Shown: piece by piece, positions 29,335 through 44,830 of the stretch | How positions within the stretch are numbered: position 1 is the first letter of the stretch | Layout of the letters: each line of letters opens with the position of its first letter | From: the human T2T-CHM13v2.0 reference genome, Homo sapiens | Assembly (NCBI RefSeq): GCF_009914755.1 | Contig: NC_060939.1 | Strand: one strand, 5' to 3' | Length of the DNA stretch: 64,000 bases | Made by a program: the position numbers and the translations under genes | The notes under the pieces: generated by a model | The model's database searches: none | Seen by the model: only the letters and a program-made list of their open reading frames with translations | What the model was told of the DNA's origin: nothing

Positions 29335-32119
29335 CTACTTTTACCAAGAAAAGTGAGGCGAGGCTGGCAGGAGTGAGTGCTCAGCTCTCTTCTGCCACTG
29401 ATTCCCCCGTCACCACCCTTCTCTGGTCCTAGGGACACCGAGGTCCCTCCTAGTCAGGCCGGCCACTTTACCACTACCTGGCCCTCCTCCCGCTGGATTT
29501 GTGGAGGCCTTTCTCTGCTAGTTAACTGTCCCTCATCTCCAGAATTCTCCGCCATGCTTTCTGAAAGCATATTTACTCTCAGGTGTTCCTTCCTGCTTAC
29601 CCATCATCAGCCCACCATGCCCTGGCTGCCACCTCTGCTGTTCAGTGGAACCTTGAGAATGTCGGTTGCCTCCTGTACGTAACTGAGAGAGAAATATCCC
29701 TGCTGCATGTCTTCCTAGTCAGCAAAAACTCAAAGCCAAAATAGAATTCGTGATCTCATCCATACCCCTGCCCTCATTCCCAATCTGCTCACATCTTCAG
29801 TGTCCCCTGTCTCAGTGAGGGGCTCCACCAGTCCCCAGGCTAAAGGCCCCAGAGTTGTTCTTGAGTCCTACTTCCCTGTCTCTAGAGTCTAGCCTGCCTC
29901 TCCCTCCCTGCGCTCGTGGCCTCCTGCTGGAGCGTTCAGCAGAGTCATAGCGGCCTCTCCACCTCCAGGCCTGCTCCGTGCACCCCAAGACCCCTTCCCC
30001 AAGTCTGTTAGCCACGCTGTCCTAAGAAAAGCTGATACCTCTCCCCCACCACACTGCCCACCCCGCGTCCAGCCTTCCACTGGCGTCGTGTCAGCCTCTC
30101 ATCAGTCCCAGCCTCGGGTGCTCTCTACCTGCTTTTCCACTTCCATCTCCCACCACTAACCAGCCCTCCTAAACTCAACCTCCCGTGGTCTGAATCCTCA
30201 CAGTTCTGAGGGCACACCATGTGGTCTCACACCTCCCTGCTTTTGCGCATGCTGTGAGCTTTGCCTGAAATCTTTTTCCTGACTAGATCACCTGAGTTCT
30301 TTAGCCTTTAAACTAAGCTCAGATGTCCTCCAAGGAAGCCTCCCCAGGTCAGCTGGGCTTCCCTCCACATGGCCTCCCTCCAGGCTCTATCACTGCACTA
30401 CTGAATTGTATTATGTTGCCGGTTATGCTCCTTATGGCTCAGTCTCTTGAAGCCCTGATGCCAGTGGCTGGCCCCTGGGAGGTGCTCTGCTGATGTGTGC
30501 AGGAGGGAATGAAGTGTCCTCAGGATTCGTGACTTCCCTCTGCTCCTGGCTGGTGGCACCTTCTCCCGCATTCTCCTCCGCGTCACCCTCACTGCTCTTT
30601 TCCTATATCACCCCTGGACCACTGCAGGTGGTCCTTCTAATTGGTTCTCCCTGCCTCTCCTTCTGCCTGCTGAGGCCATCCTCCACACTGGAACCACAGT
30701 GACATTTCTGAAACGCCATTCTCCAGCTTAACCTGGCCTCCCTCTTTCCACAGTCCCTGATCCAGACTCCTGAGAACAGCACATTCTCTCCCGCCTGCCT
30801 CTCCCTCCCCATGTGCCACCCTCCCTCCTCACCCTCTGCCCTGACACCTGACACCTCAGCCATGCCCAGCTACTCTTAATTCCACGCACACACTGTGTCA
30901 CATCCATGGCAAACCCGTCCCCTCCACAGCCCATCCTGACATGGACAACTCCTGCTTTTTTGCTCCCGGTGTCACTTATATGCACTGGTTACACACACCC
31001 CTTCTCAAACCCAGCATAGCGCGCTTCCTGCCACGTTGCAGTTACTTGCTTTCCCAGGCTGTCTCTCCTGCCCATCTGTGAATTCCAAAACAAGGTCCTC
31101 TCAGACCTGGCTAGCAGGCCCCTCCCTGGGGCCCCGCCCTTGAGAGGGCTTCATTCCCAAAGGGAACGTACCACCAGTGTATACGCACTAGGCCTGGGGG
31201 GTGGCTAGAGAGTCAGCAGGGTGTGGACAGAGTTTGGCTGCATAGGCTGGGATAGCTATGTGCGTACTGCAGTACAGAACAGAACTAGGGGGAAGAGAAG
31301 GGGACGTGGACTGAGGGCCAGGCTGTCTCCCTGTGCATTCTGGCACAGAACTCCAAGAAGTCTGAGAATTCTACATGTAAATCTGGCTTCACAGGCTATT
31401 ATGAAGGTATAATATGTCAGGATAGACACATAGAACAAAGTTCATGTAAGGGTTTGTTCATTTGATTTATAACTTTTAAAAATGGAAACAGATGGTATGC
31501 GGGCCTTCTTTTATACTCTTGCTCCAGGCCTGTACATTTCAGGAGTAGGCCTGACCCCGGCGGACACACTCGCCCTGCTTGTTCATCATGGTGCCGCCAA
31601 CATGCGGCCCGCTGCCTGGCACACAGTGCCTAGCCCATAGATTGTGATGAATGAATGGCAACATCTCTTTGTCACTTTAAAGTTTATGAAGACTGTAATT
31701 TTAAAAATATATCTTGGAAGGTATATTGGAAGGTAGCTAGTTACTCAGAGATACTTTTTCTGGTAGCAAAGATAACTTAAAAATCTAGCAAAAAGAACTA
31801 CATAAATAGCAGTGCCTCACATTTTATAGAGTGGTTTATAATTTTCAGAATACTTTTGCATCCATAATCTAATCTGGTCTTGATTATTCTAGACCCTAAT
31901 CTAGTATTCCTGTAATGTGGGCACAGGTAGTGGGTGAGGATATGTGTTTCGGAGAGGTTAAGCCGAGCACCAGTGTTCTCAGAATCAGAGAGGCCGCACC
32001 AGGACCTCGGTCTTTTGTAGCCACTGCTCTTATTTGACAAGGAAAAGGTTTCAGCCATGTTTGGTTTCCCAACAGCCAAATACATTGTAGAAAGTCATTC
32101 TTAATCTTTCTTTTTTCAG

Positions 32120-32337
32120 TGCTTTTCCACATAATGGTCAAAACCTAGGCCTCTCACCCTTCTTGGGGACCTTGAACACTGGAGGGTCATTGCCAGATCT
32201 AACCAACCTCCACTACTCGACACCCCTGCCAGCCTCCCTGGACACCACCGACCACCACTTTGGCAGTATGAGTGTGGGGAATAGTGTGAACAACATCCCA
32301 GCTGCTATGACCCACCTGGGTATAAGAAGCTCCTCTG
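32120..32337 (+). CDS. CRTC3: CRTC3 exon 10 (S273, GGSLPDL)
   Basis: (N)AFPHNGQNLGLSPFLGTLNTGGSLPDLTNLHYSTPLPASLD...IRSSS(G), 218 nt; TTTTTTCAG| and G|GTGAGT. Confidence 0.96.
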
Positions 32338-32923
32338 GTGAGTATCTCCTGCTTAGCAGTGACCTGGTGGCTTAATCATAGGTGGTCCCCACCCATGTGG
32401 CCTGTTCAGTGAATCATTGAATGAGAATGACTGCATCCCAGTTAGAGATGATAATGTACCTTCTTGTATCTCCTGACCCTGCGGACATTTTTCTTGGATG
32501 TTTCTGTTTCTCCTGGGTTGATGAATTTGGGGCAGCTCTGCTGAACCTCATTCCTTATCATCCTCACTCGCTGCTCTATCCAGGGACTTGGGGAATAAGA
32601 TATGGGAGCCAAGAAATAAGCATCCACTCCGTGTTGGCTGAACAGTATTAGTGGCTGTCATCAACATATGATAATTTATAATTTAGGCCATCTCTCTGGA
32701 TTCCTTTCATTTTCCATTAGATTTCTAAAGGCAATATTCTGCATTTTAGAAAATTTACAGTGGATATGATGAAAATATTTATACTTAATATCTGTGTGTG
32801 AAGTAGAAATCCCCCACAGTTCCAGTTAAAGATGTAGCATTAGCTATATAAAGATGCTACCCATAATGGGACTTGGGTGTTACTCTCTGGGTTTGATTGT
32901 CCACAGCTCAGACCCCATATTGA

Positions 32924-33250
<327 letters not shown>

Positions 33251-33891
33251 TGACATACCCTTGTCAATGTCTAGGGCAGGTGATAATCCTCTTACTCCCA
33301 GTGGTGCAGTACAGCCCCTGGCCGTAACAGTCCTACCCAGAATTGTGTTGTGGAGCATTTCATTTGGAAGGGATGCTCAGTGATGGTCTCCAGGTGAAAG
33401 CAGTGTTTGCTGCCTTTCACTCTGAGACTCATCCATGCAAATCAGAACTCACCACCCAAATGAGAGTGGTCCCCTTCAGGGGGGGTCACCTGGAAGTTTT
33501 TCTAATGATTGCAGTGATGCTGCCTGGTGCAACACAATCTTAGGTTTGAAGAATTGATTTCAGAGAACACCTTTATTTTTGTTTTTTGGGTCATTTTAGT
33601 ATCCTTAATAGTAGCAGGTTTTTCATCGACTGAGTCTCAGTTTTGATATTTATACATTTGCTTCATAGGAGAAATTTGATATTTGCTTCACAGGAGAAAC
33701 TCTCGAAACCTTTATGCCCAGATTCAGAGTCTGGGCAATTCACCTTTTGGGTGAATCCTCAATGTATGAAGATATCTAGGGTCCCAGAAGTAAAGCAGCA
33801 TCAGCACATAGCTCCTTTGGGTCTCAGGGAAGCTGGCATTTTCCAGTACAGCCTTTGACACTTTGCTTCAAGCTGAAGATCTTATGTTTAG

Positions 33892-34259
<368 letters not shown>

Positions 34260-34284
34260 GGCAAAATTATTTTTAAGAATTTTA

Positions 34285-34657
<373 letters not shown>

Positions 34658-35582
34658 TTAAATTTTTTGTCAACACAAAACAACACATAGTTCTGCTTAC
34701 CCCACCTGCTGGTACAAGAAAGATGGGCTGAAGGTTAAAACGTAGGTATTGCCAGTTGAGATACACACAGCAGCAGCAGCCGAATAATTGATTCACTGGG
34801 CGAACCTGCTCCATGCCAGGCCCTGTGCCAGGTGCTGAGGATCCAGCAGGGCATAGGACAGGATCCCCAGTTTCTGGGAGCTCATGCCCTAGCAGCCTAT
34901 GCTGCAAAGATCTCTCTCCCAAATTTCCTTGCTCATGATCAAATTCACCCCTGTCCCCCAAATAAAGCACCAGCAAAAACTTCCTTTTCCCTGAGTTGGT
35001 ATAGACTGTGATGAACAATTTCCTGGGAACCAGAAAATCAAAGAGGGACCCTGGGGTGGGAGATACAGGGAAGTGTCCCTTCCTGTGACTCCCTAGTGTG
35101 CTAAGGGTAATTAAAGACCACCAAGACAGCTCCCCAAGGGCCATGACTCACCGTGGAAGGATGTTCTCCAAAGGTAGCAGGGGATGCAGGCAGTGTGCTT
35201 GGGACAGAGACCTTCCGGGGCTCTAAACAGAATTTGTTGTACAGCCCTAGGGTCCTTTCCCTGGGTCTGGGCCGAGCACCTGGAATATTTGCCTCTGTTA
35301 CCCCGGTTTACCTAGTTTTGCTCACCTAGGGGTTGTTGACGTGATCTCCCTCCTCATGGGAAAACATCGTTGTCATCTTTGTGGCCCCATCTCTGTTAGT
35401 GCAGGGGCATCTTTTCCTTGCCATTGGTGCATCGGATGCAGTCCCTGTAGGAGAGCTGTCCAGGAGCTCCTTTACCTACAGAATCATCATCGCATGTGAC
35501 AGTAGACAGTTTTCTTTCATTTTTGGAATACAAAAGATTTGGTCTGAAATTATAAGTAACTTGTGAATTTGTTGTCTTCCAG

Positions 35583-35881
35583 GTCTCCAGAGTTCTCGGA
35601 GTAACCCCTCCATCCAAGCCACGCTCAATAAGACTGTGCTTTCCTCTTCCTTAAATAACCACCCACAGACATCTGTTCCCAACGCATCTGCTCTTCACCC
35701 TTCGCTCCGTCTGTTTTCCCTTAGCAACCCATCTCTTTCCACCACAAACCTGAGCGGCCCGTCTCGGCGTCGGCAGCCTCCCGTCAGCCCTCTCACGCTT
35801 TCTCCTGGCCCTGAAGCACATCAAGGTTTCAGCAGACAGCTGTCTTCAACCAGCCCACTGGCCCCATATCCTACCTCCCAG
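35583..35881 (+). CDS. CRTC3: CRTC3 exon 11 (S329, S370 region)
   Basis: (G)LQSSRSNPSIQATLNK...LFSLSNPSLS...PYPTSQ, 299 nt; CTTCCAG| and CAG|GTAAAC. Confidence 0.95.
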
Positions 35882-36073
35882 GTAAACACACACAGACAGA
35901 CCAACCACTACAGTGAAACAGACTGCAAGATATAGGAAGTGCATTCCTCCTCTTTACTATTTTGGGTTACACTCATTATTACACCAAGCACCCATGAGGT
36001 CTCAAGTGCAGTCTGTTCGCTCTTATATGTGAAATCAGAGCAGAAGTGTCAATAATGCAGAATGAATTCATGA

Positions 36074-36372
36074 TTTTCTTTTCTTTTTTTGAGAAAGGGT
36101 CTCACTCTGTTGCCCAGGCTGGAGTGCAGTGGCACAATCGCGGCTCACTGCAGCCTCACCTCCCGGGCTCAAGCGATCTTCTCACCTTAGTCTTCGGAGT
36201 AGCTGGGACCACAGGCATGCACCACCATACCTGACTAATTTTTTGATTTTTTTGTAGAGACAAGTTCTCGATATGTTGCCCAAGCTGGTCTCAAATGCCT
36301 GGACTCAAGCCATCCTCCCAGCGTGGCCTCCCAAAGTGCTGGGATTACAGGCATGAGCCACTGCACCCAGCC
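36074..36372 (-). mobile_element. AluJ, antisense
   Basis: Antisense dimer. Confidence 0.88.
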
Positions 36373-36789
36373 TAATTAATGATTTTTTATTATAATAATA
36401 GCAGATTTGCTGTGTTGATTACTCTTTAAGCAAATGTTGAACAATCTGTAGTCACTAACTCACAAACTTGGGGTTGAGAGGAACGGTAGGATATAGAGAA
36501 TGCCATCCAGGTAAGTCTAAGGCAACTGAGGGAAACCAGGTTAGGATTTCAAAGTTGGCATGGAAAATCAGTCATTGACTCTCTAAGTACATTAAGCCAT
36601 AGGGGAAAGCCAAAGAAAACATTTAATACCTTCCTGAAGCTTTGATAATGAATTAGACCTCTTCCCTAATTGTCTACAGATTTGAGAAACAATACTTTTA
36701 TTGTTCATGAAATGCTAAGTATGTTGAGGATTATATCTCTTATAAGGATGAAAAGAAGTCTGTTGAGAAAGAGGCACATTTAAAAGTCA

Positions 36790-36975
36790 CCCACCCATAC
36801 AAAAAATGGAAAAATTATCTGGGTGTGGTGGCACACGCCTGTAGTCCCAGCTACTCCAGAGCGGAGGTGGGAGGCTCACTTGAGCCCAGGAGGTCGAGGC
36901 TGCAGTGAGCCAAGACAGCCTCACTGCACTGTAGCCTGGCAACAGAGTGAGACCCTGTCTCAAAAGAAAAGAAAA
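36790..36975 (+). mobile_element. Alu right arm (J-type)
   Basis: Linker plus right monomer. Confidence 0.8.
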
Positions 36976-37274
36976 GCCCATTATAGAAACACAGGGGTTG
37001 AAACATCCTATAAATTCTAAACTCAGAGGTGGTTCTCCTTATACCATAATCATCGAGGAATGTGTTTTCAACCTTTTGTCACATCCTCTGTCTATTACAG
37101 CATCATTAACTACTCACCACCTCGCCATAAATTGATTTAGAAGGAAGAGTTGACAGAACACAACGGAGAGTTAGAGGATCTTGTTATTGGTCACTCTTTA
37201 CCAATTACTAGCCGTGGCGTGTTGATCGTATGAGTGATCTCTTTTGGGCGAGGGTGAGAGGACATTTCATAATT

Positions 37275-37912
37275 TTTAAGTCTCACTCTGTCGCCCAAGC
37301 TGGAGCACAATGGCACGATCGCGGCTCCCTTGCCTTGAATTCCTGGGCCCAAGTGATCCTCCTGCCTCAGCTGGGATTCTTCAAGTAAATGTGACTACAG
37401 GCCCATGTCACCACACCCAGCTAATTTTTTTAATTTTTTTGTAGAAACAGGGTCTCCCTGGGCTGGGTGTGTGCCTCACACCTGTAATCCAGCACTTTGG
37501 GAGTCCAAGGCAGACGGATCACTTGAGGGTAGGAGTTTGAGTCCAGCCTGGTTAACATGACGAAACCCCATCTCTACTAAAAATACAAAAATTAACCGGG
37601 CATGGTGGCACACGCCTGTAATCCCACCTACTCAGGATGCTGCGACGTGAGAATTGCTTGCACCCTGGAGGTGGAAGTTTGCAGTGAGCCAGGATTGCAC
37701 CACTGCACTCCAGCCTGGGTGACAGAGTTACTCTGTCTCAAAAAAAAAAAAAAATTAGAATTAAAAAAAGAAAAGAAAGAAATAGGGTCTCCCTATGTTT
37801 TCCAGGCTGGTCTTAAACTCCTGAGCTCAAGTGATCCTCGCACCTCAGCCTCCCAAAGGGCTGGAATTAGCCAGTGTGCCTTGTGCCAGGCATGAGCCAC
37901 TGTGCCCTGCCA
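37275..37912. mobile_element. Antisense AluJ interrupted by a sense AluS (37461-37777)
   Basis: TSD AGAAA(C/T)AGGGTCTCCCT at 37443-37459 and 37778-37794, inside the host Alu. Confidence 0.88.
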
Positions 37913-37914
37913 TA

Positions 37915-38917
37915 ATTTTTATTTTTTTTTAGAGACAGCGTTTCACTCTGTCACCCAGGCTCGAGTGCAGTGGCGCGATCACAGCTCACTGCAGCCTTGA
38001 ACTCCCTGAGCTCAGGTGATCCTCCCACCTTAACCTCCCAAGCACATAGGACTACAGGTGTATACCATCACACCCGACTAATTTTTGTATTTTTTTTTTT
38101 TTTGTAGAGATGGGGTTTCACCATATTGCCCAGGCTAGTCCATAATTATTGTTTTCGTGGTTCTTATGTTATTGAATTACCTTTAATTTTATTTTGCAAG
38201 ATTATTTTATAAGATCTAAAAGTATTCTTGCTTTTTAGCTACATTTTAAGGAGACTGTATGGCCAGAGTGTCCCCTTTCAGATGTGTTTTTAATTTGTTT
38301 AATATTTAGATTTTTTTTAAATGAATGTTGCTGGACACAGTTGTTCTGACTGTAATCCCAGCTACTCAGGAGGCAGAGACTGGAGGATTGCTTAAGGCCC
38401 GGAGTTCAAGACCAGCCTTGGCAACATAGTGACACCCTATCTATCTCTTAAAAAAAGGAAATTTTAAAAAGTGAATGTTATTCATGCACATAGTTTAAAA
38501 AGTAAAATAGTTCTAAAGGGCTTGTTATAGAAAAACAGCTGTCTTTCCCTCTCGTTAGGCATATTCCTCACTGCCTAGAGATGGCTGTCAACCATTTTAA
38601 CTAATCTCTTTGGTATAACCATGTTATTATTATTTTGAGACAGAGTCTTGCTCTGTCACCCAGGCTGGGGTGTAGTGGTGCGATCTCAACTCACTGAAAC
38701 CTCCACCTCCCAGGTTCAAGCGATTTTCCTGCCTCAGCTTCCTAAGTAGCTGGGACTACAGGCATGTGCCACGACGCCTGGCTACTTTTTGTATTTTTAG
38801 TAGATACGGGGTTTTACCATGTTAGCCAGGCTGGTTTCGAACTCCTGACCTCAGGCAGTCTGCCCGCCTCGGCGTCCCAAAGTGCTGGATTACAGGCATG
38901 AGCCACCTCACCCAGCC
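37915..38917. mobile_element. Alu cluster: antisense partial (37915-38140), sense FLAM (38330-38456), antisense AluS (38627-38917)
   Basis: Alu consensus matches. Confidence 0.82.
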
Positions 38918-40130
38918 TAACCATGTTGTTTTATGCTTTTTTTGTTCTACATTTTTGGTGTTAGGCATTATCTAATGACATCCTACCAATGAAGATTAGA
39001 ATTTAATTCTCTTTCCACTCTCCCACAGACTCCACCACACACATATGTGCGCACATGTGCACACACAATTTCCTACCCACCCTCCTCATTTATTATAATT
39101 TTGGTTAGAGCAATACTCAATATTTAGTGTTTTTATAGTTACAATGTAGTCAGAGTTGACATATAGTATACTATGAAACAAGAAAATGAGAATTTTTTTT
39201 CCTCTTGGGAGTTAATAAATGTCTGACTTTTTTTATTAGCCTGGTTATCTATATGTATCTATGTGTATGACTAATTCAGTCCCCAACTCTTGGAGTTGGG
39301 CAGATCTCCTCTCGACACATTCAAAACTAAATTCTCTAGTAGCTCTATAGCAAAGAGTGCCTGTGACTTTGTATGACTTAAAATGTCTTTATTTGATCTG
39401 CCATTTAATTATTATTTGGCTGAATATAGAATTCTAAATTTGAAATAATTTTCCCTTGGCATCTATTGCCTATTCATTTGTAAGTTGCATTGAGAAATCC
39501 AGTGCCATTCGGACTCTTAACACTTTGCATGGAATCCCCCTGCTCCACCCCAGGCTTGTGAGATCTTTTTGTCCCCAGTGTTCTGAAACTTCAAGATGAT
39601 GTGGCTTGGCGTGAGTCTGCATATTTGGTGGGTTCCTTCAATCTGGAAACTCACAGCCTTCATTTCTGGGAAATGTTCTTTATTTCTTCAATGATTTCTT
39701 CCCTTCAGTTTTCTCTGTTCTTTCTCTCTGGAACTCTACGAATGTTGACTATCCTGGACTTTTCCTCTATTATCCTTATTTTCTCTCTCTCCTCTTTTGC
39801 TTCTCTGTGGTTGCTTCCTTGTTTGTTTGTTTTGCTTTGCTTTCTGGAAGATTGTCTCAGCTTTATCTTCCAACACTTCTGTTGAGTTTTCCATTTCTGC
39901 TCTCATTTTTAAATTGCTATGAGTTCTTTTTTGTTCTCTGAGTGTTCTTTTTTAATAGCATCATACTTATTCCACAGATGCAATATCATCTTTTATCTCT
40001 CAGGTTTTTAGTGGTCTTTTTTTTTCGAATTTATCTTTATTTTCTATAATAGAATTTTCCTAAATTGCATAAAAGTAGAGAACATAATACAATAAGTCCT
40101 CCTATACCCATCATTTACCCTCAACAATTA

Positions 40131-40426
40131 ATTTTTTTTTTTTTGAGACAGGGTCTTGCTCTGTTGCCCAGGCTGGAGTGCAGTGGTGTGATCTCGGCTC
40201 ATTGTAACCTCCGCCATCCAGGTTCAAACCATTCTCCTGGCCTCAGCCTCCCGAATAGCTGGGACTACAGGTGCACACCACCACACCTGGCTAATTTTTG
40301 TAATTTTTAGTAGAGACGGGATTTCACCATGTTGGCCAGGCTGGTTTCAAACTCCTGACCTCAGGTGATCCACCCACCTCAGCCTCCCAAAGTCTGAGAT
40401 TACAGGCGTGAGCCAGCACGCCAGCC
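40131..40426 (-). mobile_element. AluS, antisense
   Basis: Antisense dimer. Confidence 0.9.
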
Positions 40427-40680
40427 TTGTTATCTTGTTTCATCCATACCCTGCTTTTAAAAATTGCAGATATTTTAATATGTATCTCTAATAGATAAGG
40501 ATTTTCTTAGTAGCCTAAATATTGTCATGCTGATTTTGGTTTTTCACAACTACTTCTTCCTGCACACATCTTTCCAAGATTGTGTGTGTCTGCTCTGGCC
40601 TCTGACTTTCACGGCAGATGGTTTCCTCAGGGCCTGGTGATCCTCAGTGCTCTGCTCATGTTTAAGAACAGGACACTGAG

Positions 40681-41244
40681 GGGCTGTCTCCTTGCGGCTC
40701 TACACTAGAGCGGAGTATGAGTCTGAGGCGAAGGGAGTCATGGCAGGACAAGCGTGTAGAAAGTTTTTTCCACTCTCTGACTGAGTATTGGTTGGAAGGA
40801 GCGCTGCTAAAACTGTAACCAAAGGAGGCATTTTGCTTCCAGAAAAATCTCAAGGAAAAGTATTGCAAGCAACAGTAGTCACTGTTGGATCGGGTTCTAA
40901 AGGTAAGGCTGGAGAGATTCAACCAGTTAGCGTGAAAGTTGGAGATAAAGTTCTTCTCCCAGAATATGGAGGCACCAAAGTAGTTCTAGATGACAAGGAT
41001 TATTTCCTATTTAGAGATGGTGACATTCTTGGAAAGTACATAGACTGAAATAAGTCACTACTGAAATGGCATCAGTGTGAAGCTGCCCATTCCACTGAAG
41101 TTCTGAAATCTTTCATCATGTAAATAATTTCCATATTTCTTATAATAAACTAATGATAACTAATGACATCCAGTGTCTCCAAAATTGTTTCCTTGTACTG
41201 ATATAAACATTTCCAAATAAAAATATGTAAATGAGAAAAAAAAA
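40681..41244 (+). pseudogene. HSPE1: Processed pseudogene of HSPE1 (10 kDa chaperonin, Hsp10/GroES)
   Basis: ATG 40740 to TGA 41048 (103 codons): MAGQACRKFFPLSD*VLVGRSAAKTVTKGGILLPEKSQGKVLQATVV...ILGKYID. Intronless, with 5' UTR, 3' UTR, AATAAA and A-tail. TSD AGGACACTGAG at 40670-40680 and 41245-41255. Premature TGA at 40782-40784. Confidence 0.96.
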
Positions 41245-41377
41245 AGGACACTGAGAAGCTGGCTGGCAGCTCTGTGTATGTGGGCAGGCCTGCTGAGTGT
41301 GGTCTTCATTGTAGAATGATCTAGCTTGGTCATTTCCTTGGGAAACTCCTGGTGTCATAAGTTTTACATTCTTCTCT

Positions 41378-41698
<321 letters not shown>

Positions 41699-41832
41699 TC
41701 AGGCCTTGTCAGGTTCCCTAAAGGACACTCTTCCAATGTCGCACCTCGGCATATCAGGATTCCGGCATCCTGTGAGCCGGGTTGGGAAAGAAAGGTGGAG
41801 ATCTTAAGATTCGATCGTGAAATTTCTTCTAA

Positions 41833-43583
<1,751 letters not shown>

Positions 43584-44460
43584 GAAATTTCTTCTAAACC
43601 CTGTGTTTTCAGTAAAGTGCCTCACCTTCTAATATCCAGAGACCCTTAGTTTTATTATCTCGAAAGTAGAACCTTCCAGTCTCCTGGCAGGTGGCAGGAT
43701 GGTGGGGGCCAGTGCGCAGAAGCACACTCAAGGCAAGGGCTCTGCAGGTCCAACTGCCCCTTACACAAACTGTGACCAGAATCTCCTGGTTTTAGCTTCA
43801 CCGCCTGCTCCCTGCTGTCCCCAGTCCCAGAGCCCTGTGGGGACTGAGTGCTGTCAGTGAGATTGCCTCCTGGTTTTTCCTCACTGCCAGCCTAGCATCG
43901 GGTTTTCTCAGCTCTGCTAAGCCAGCTGCCACCGGGCCATCTGCTGCTCATTTTCCAGCTTTTGTTGCCATTTTCTTCTCTCCCGTTATCTTTGTCCTCG
44001 TGTTGTTTGTTATCATTTAGTGTTCTGTGCTGTTGTTTAGTGTTTTTTATTAATGCTTATTGCTTGTTAATGTTGTAGTGTCTTGTTTTAACAGGATTTG
44101 GGGATGACAGAGCTAAGGGCCTTTTTCAATTTTCCACTTTTAACCAGAAGACACGGCTATAAAACAAAACAAAACATGATTTTCACGGAGAAAACTGAAA
44201 GGAAATTGGTTAAATTGGCTGTTTTCTTGTTTAGTTCTTTTAAGACAATAGAACTTGTCATTGAATGGAACATGCTTTGTGGGGAAGTAAAATTTGAGAT
44301 ATACTTTGAAGGATGAGAAACGGGCTTCTCACAGCATTGCACAGAACACTGCGGTGAGGAAAATCTCAGGCTTCCTCTCACTCTGACATTTCCTAATCCT
44401 AAAGGACTTAACGCCAGAAACGCAGAAGCTCATTAGTGGCTTTGTGTGTTTGTTTTGCAG

Positions 44461-44661
44461 ATGGTGTCCTCAGACCGAAGCCAACTTTCCTTTCTGCCCA
44501 CAGAAGCTCAAGCCCAGGTGTCGCCGCCACCCCCTTACCCTGCACCCCAGGAGCTCACCCAGCCCCTCCTGCAGCAGCCCCGCGCCCCTGAGGCCCCTGC
44601 CCAGCAGCCCCAGGCAGCCTCCTCACTGCCACAGTCAGACTTTCAGCTTCTCCCGGCCCAG
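44461..44661 (+). CDS. CRTC3: CRTC3 exon 12 (PPPY motif)
   Basis: MVSSDRSQLSFLPTEAQAQVSPPPPYP...LLPAQ, 201 nt; TTTTGCAG| and CAG|GTGAGT. Confidence 0.95.
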
Positions 44662-44749
44662 GTGAGTTCTGGCAGGAGCGTTGGTGCAGAGGGAATGCTT
44701 GTTTTGCTCTGAGTTCCAAGCTAAATGATCATCTCCTTATTCCCTGAAG

Positions 44750-44830
44750 GGCTCATCTTTGACCAACTTCTTCCCAGATGTGGGTTTTGACCAGCAGTCC
44801 ATGAGGCCAGGCCCTGCCTTTCCTCAACAG
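44750..44830 (+). CDS. CRTC3: CRTC3 exon 13
   Basis: GSSLTNFFPDVGFDQQSMRPGPAFPQQ, 81 nt; CCCTGAAG| and CAG|GTGGGT. Confidence 0.92.
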
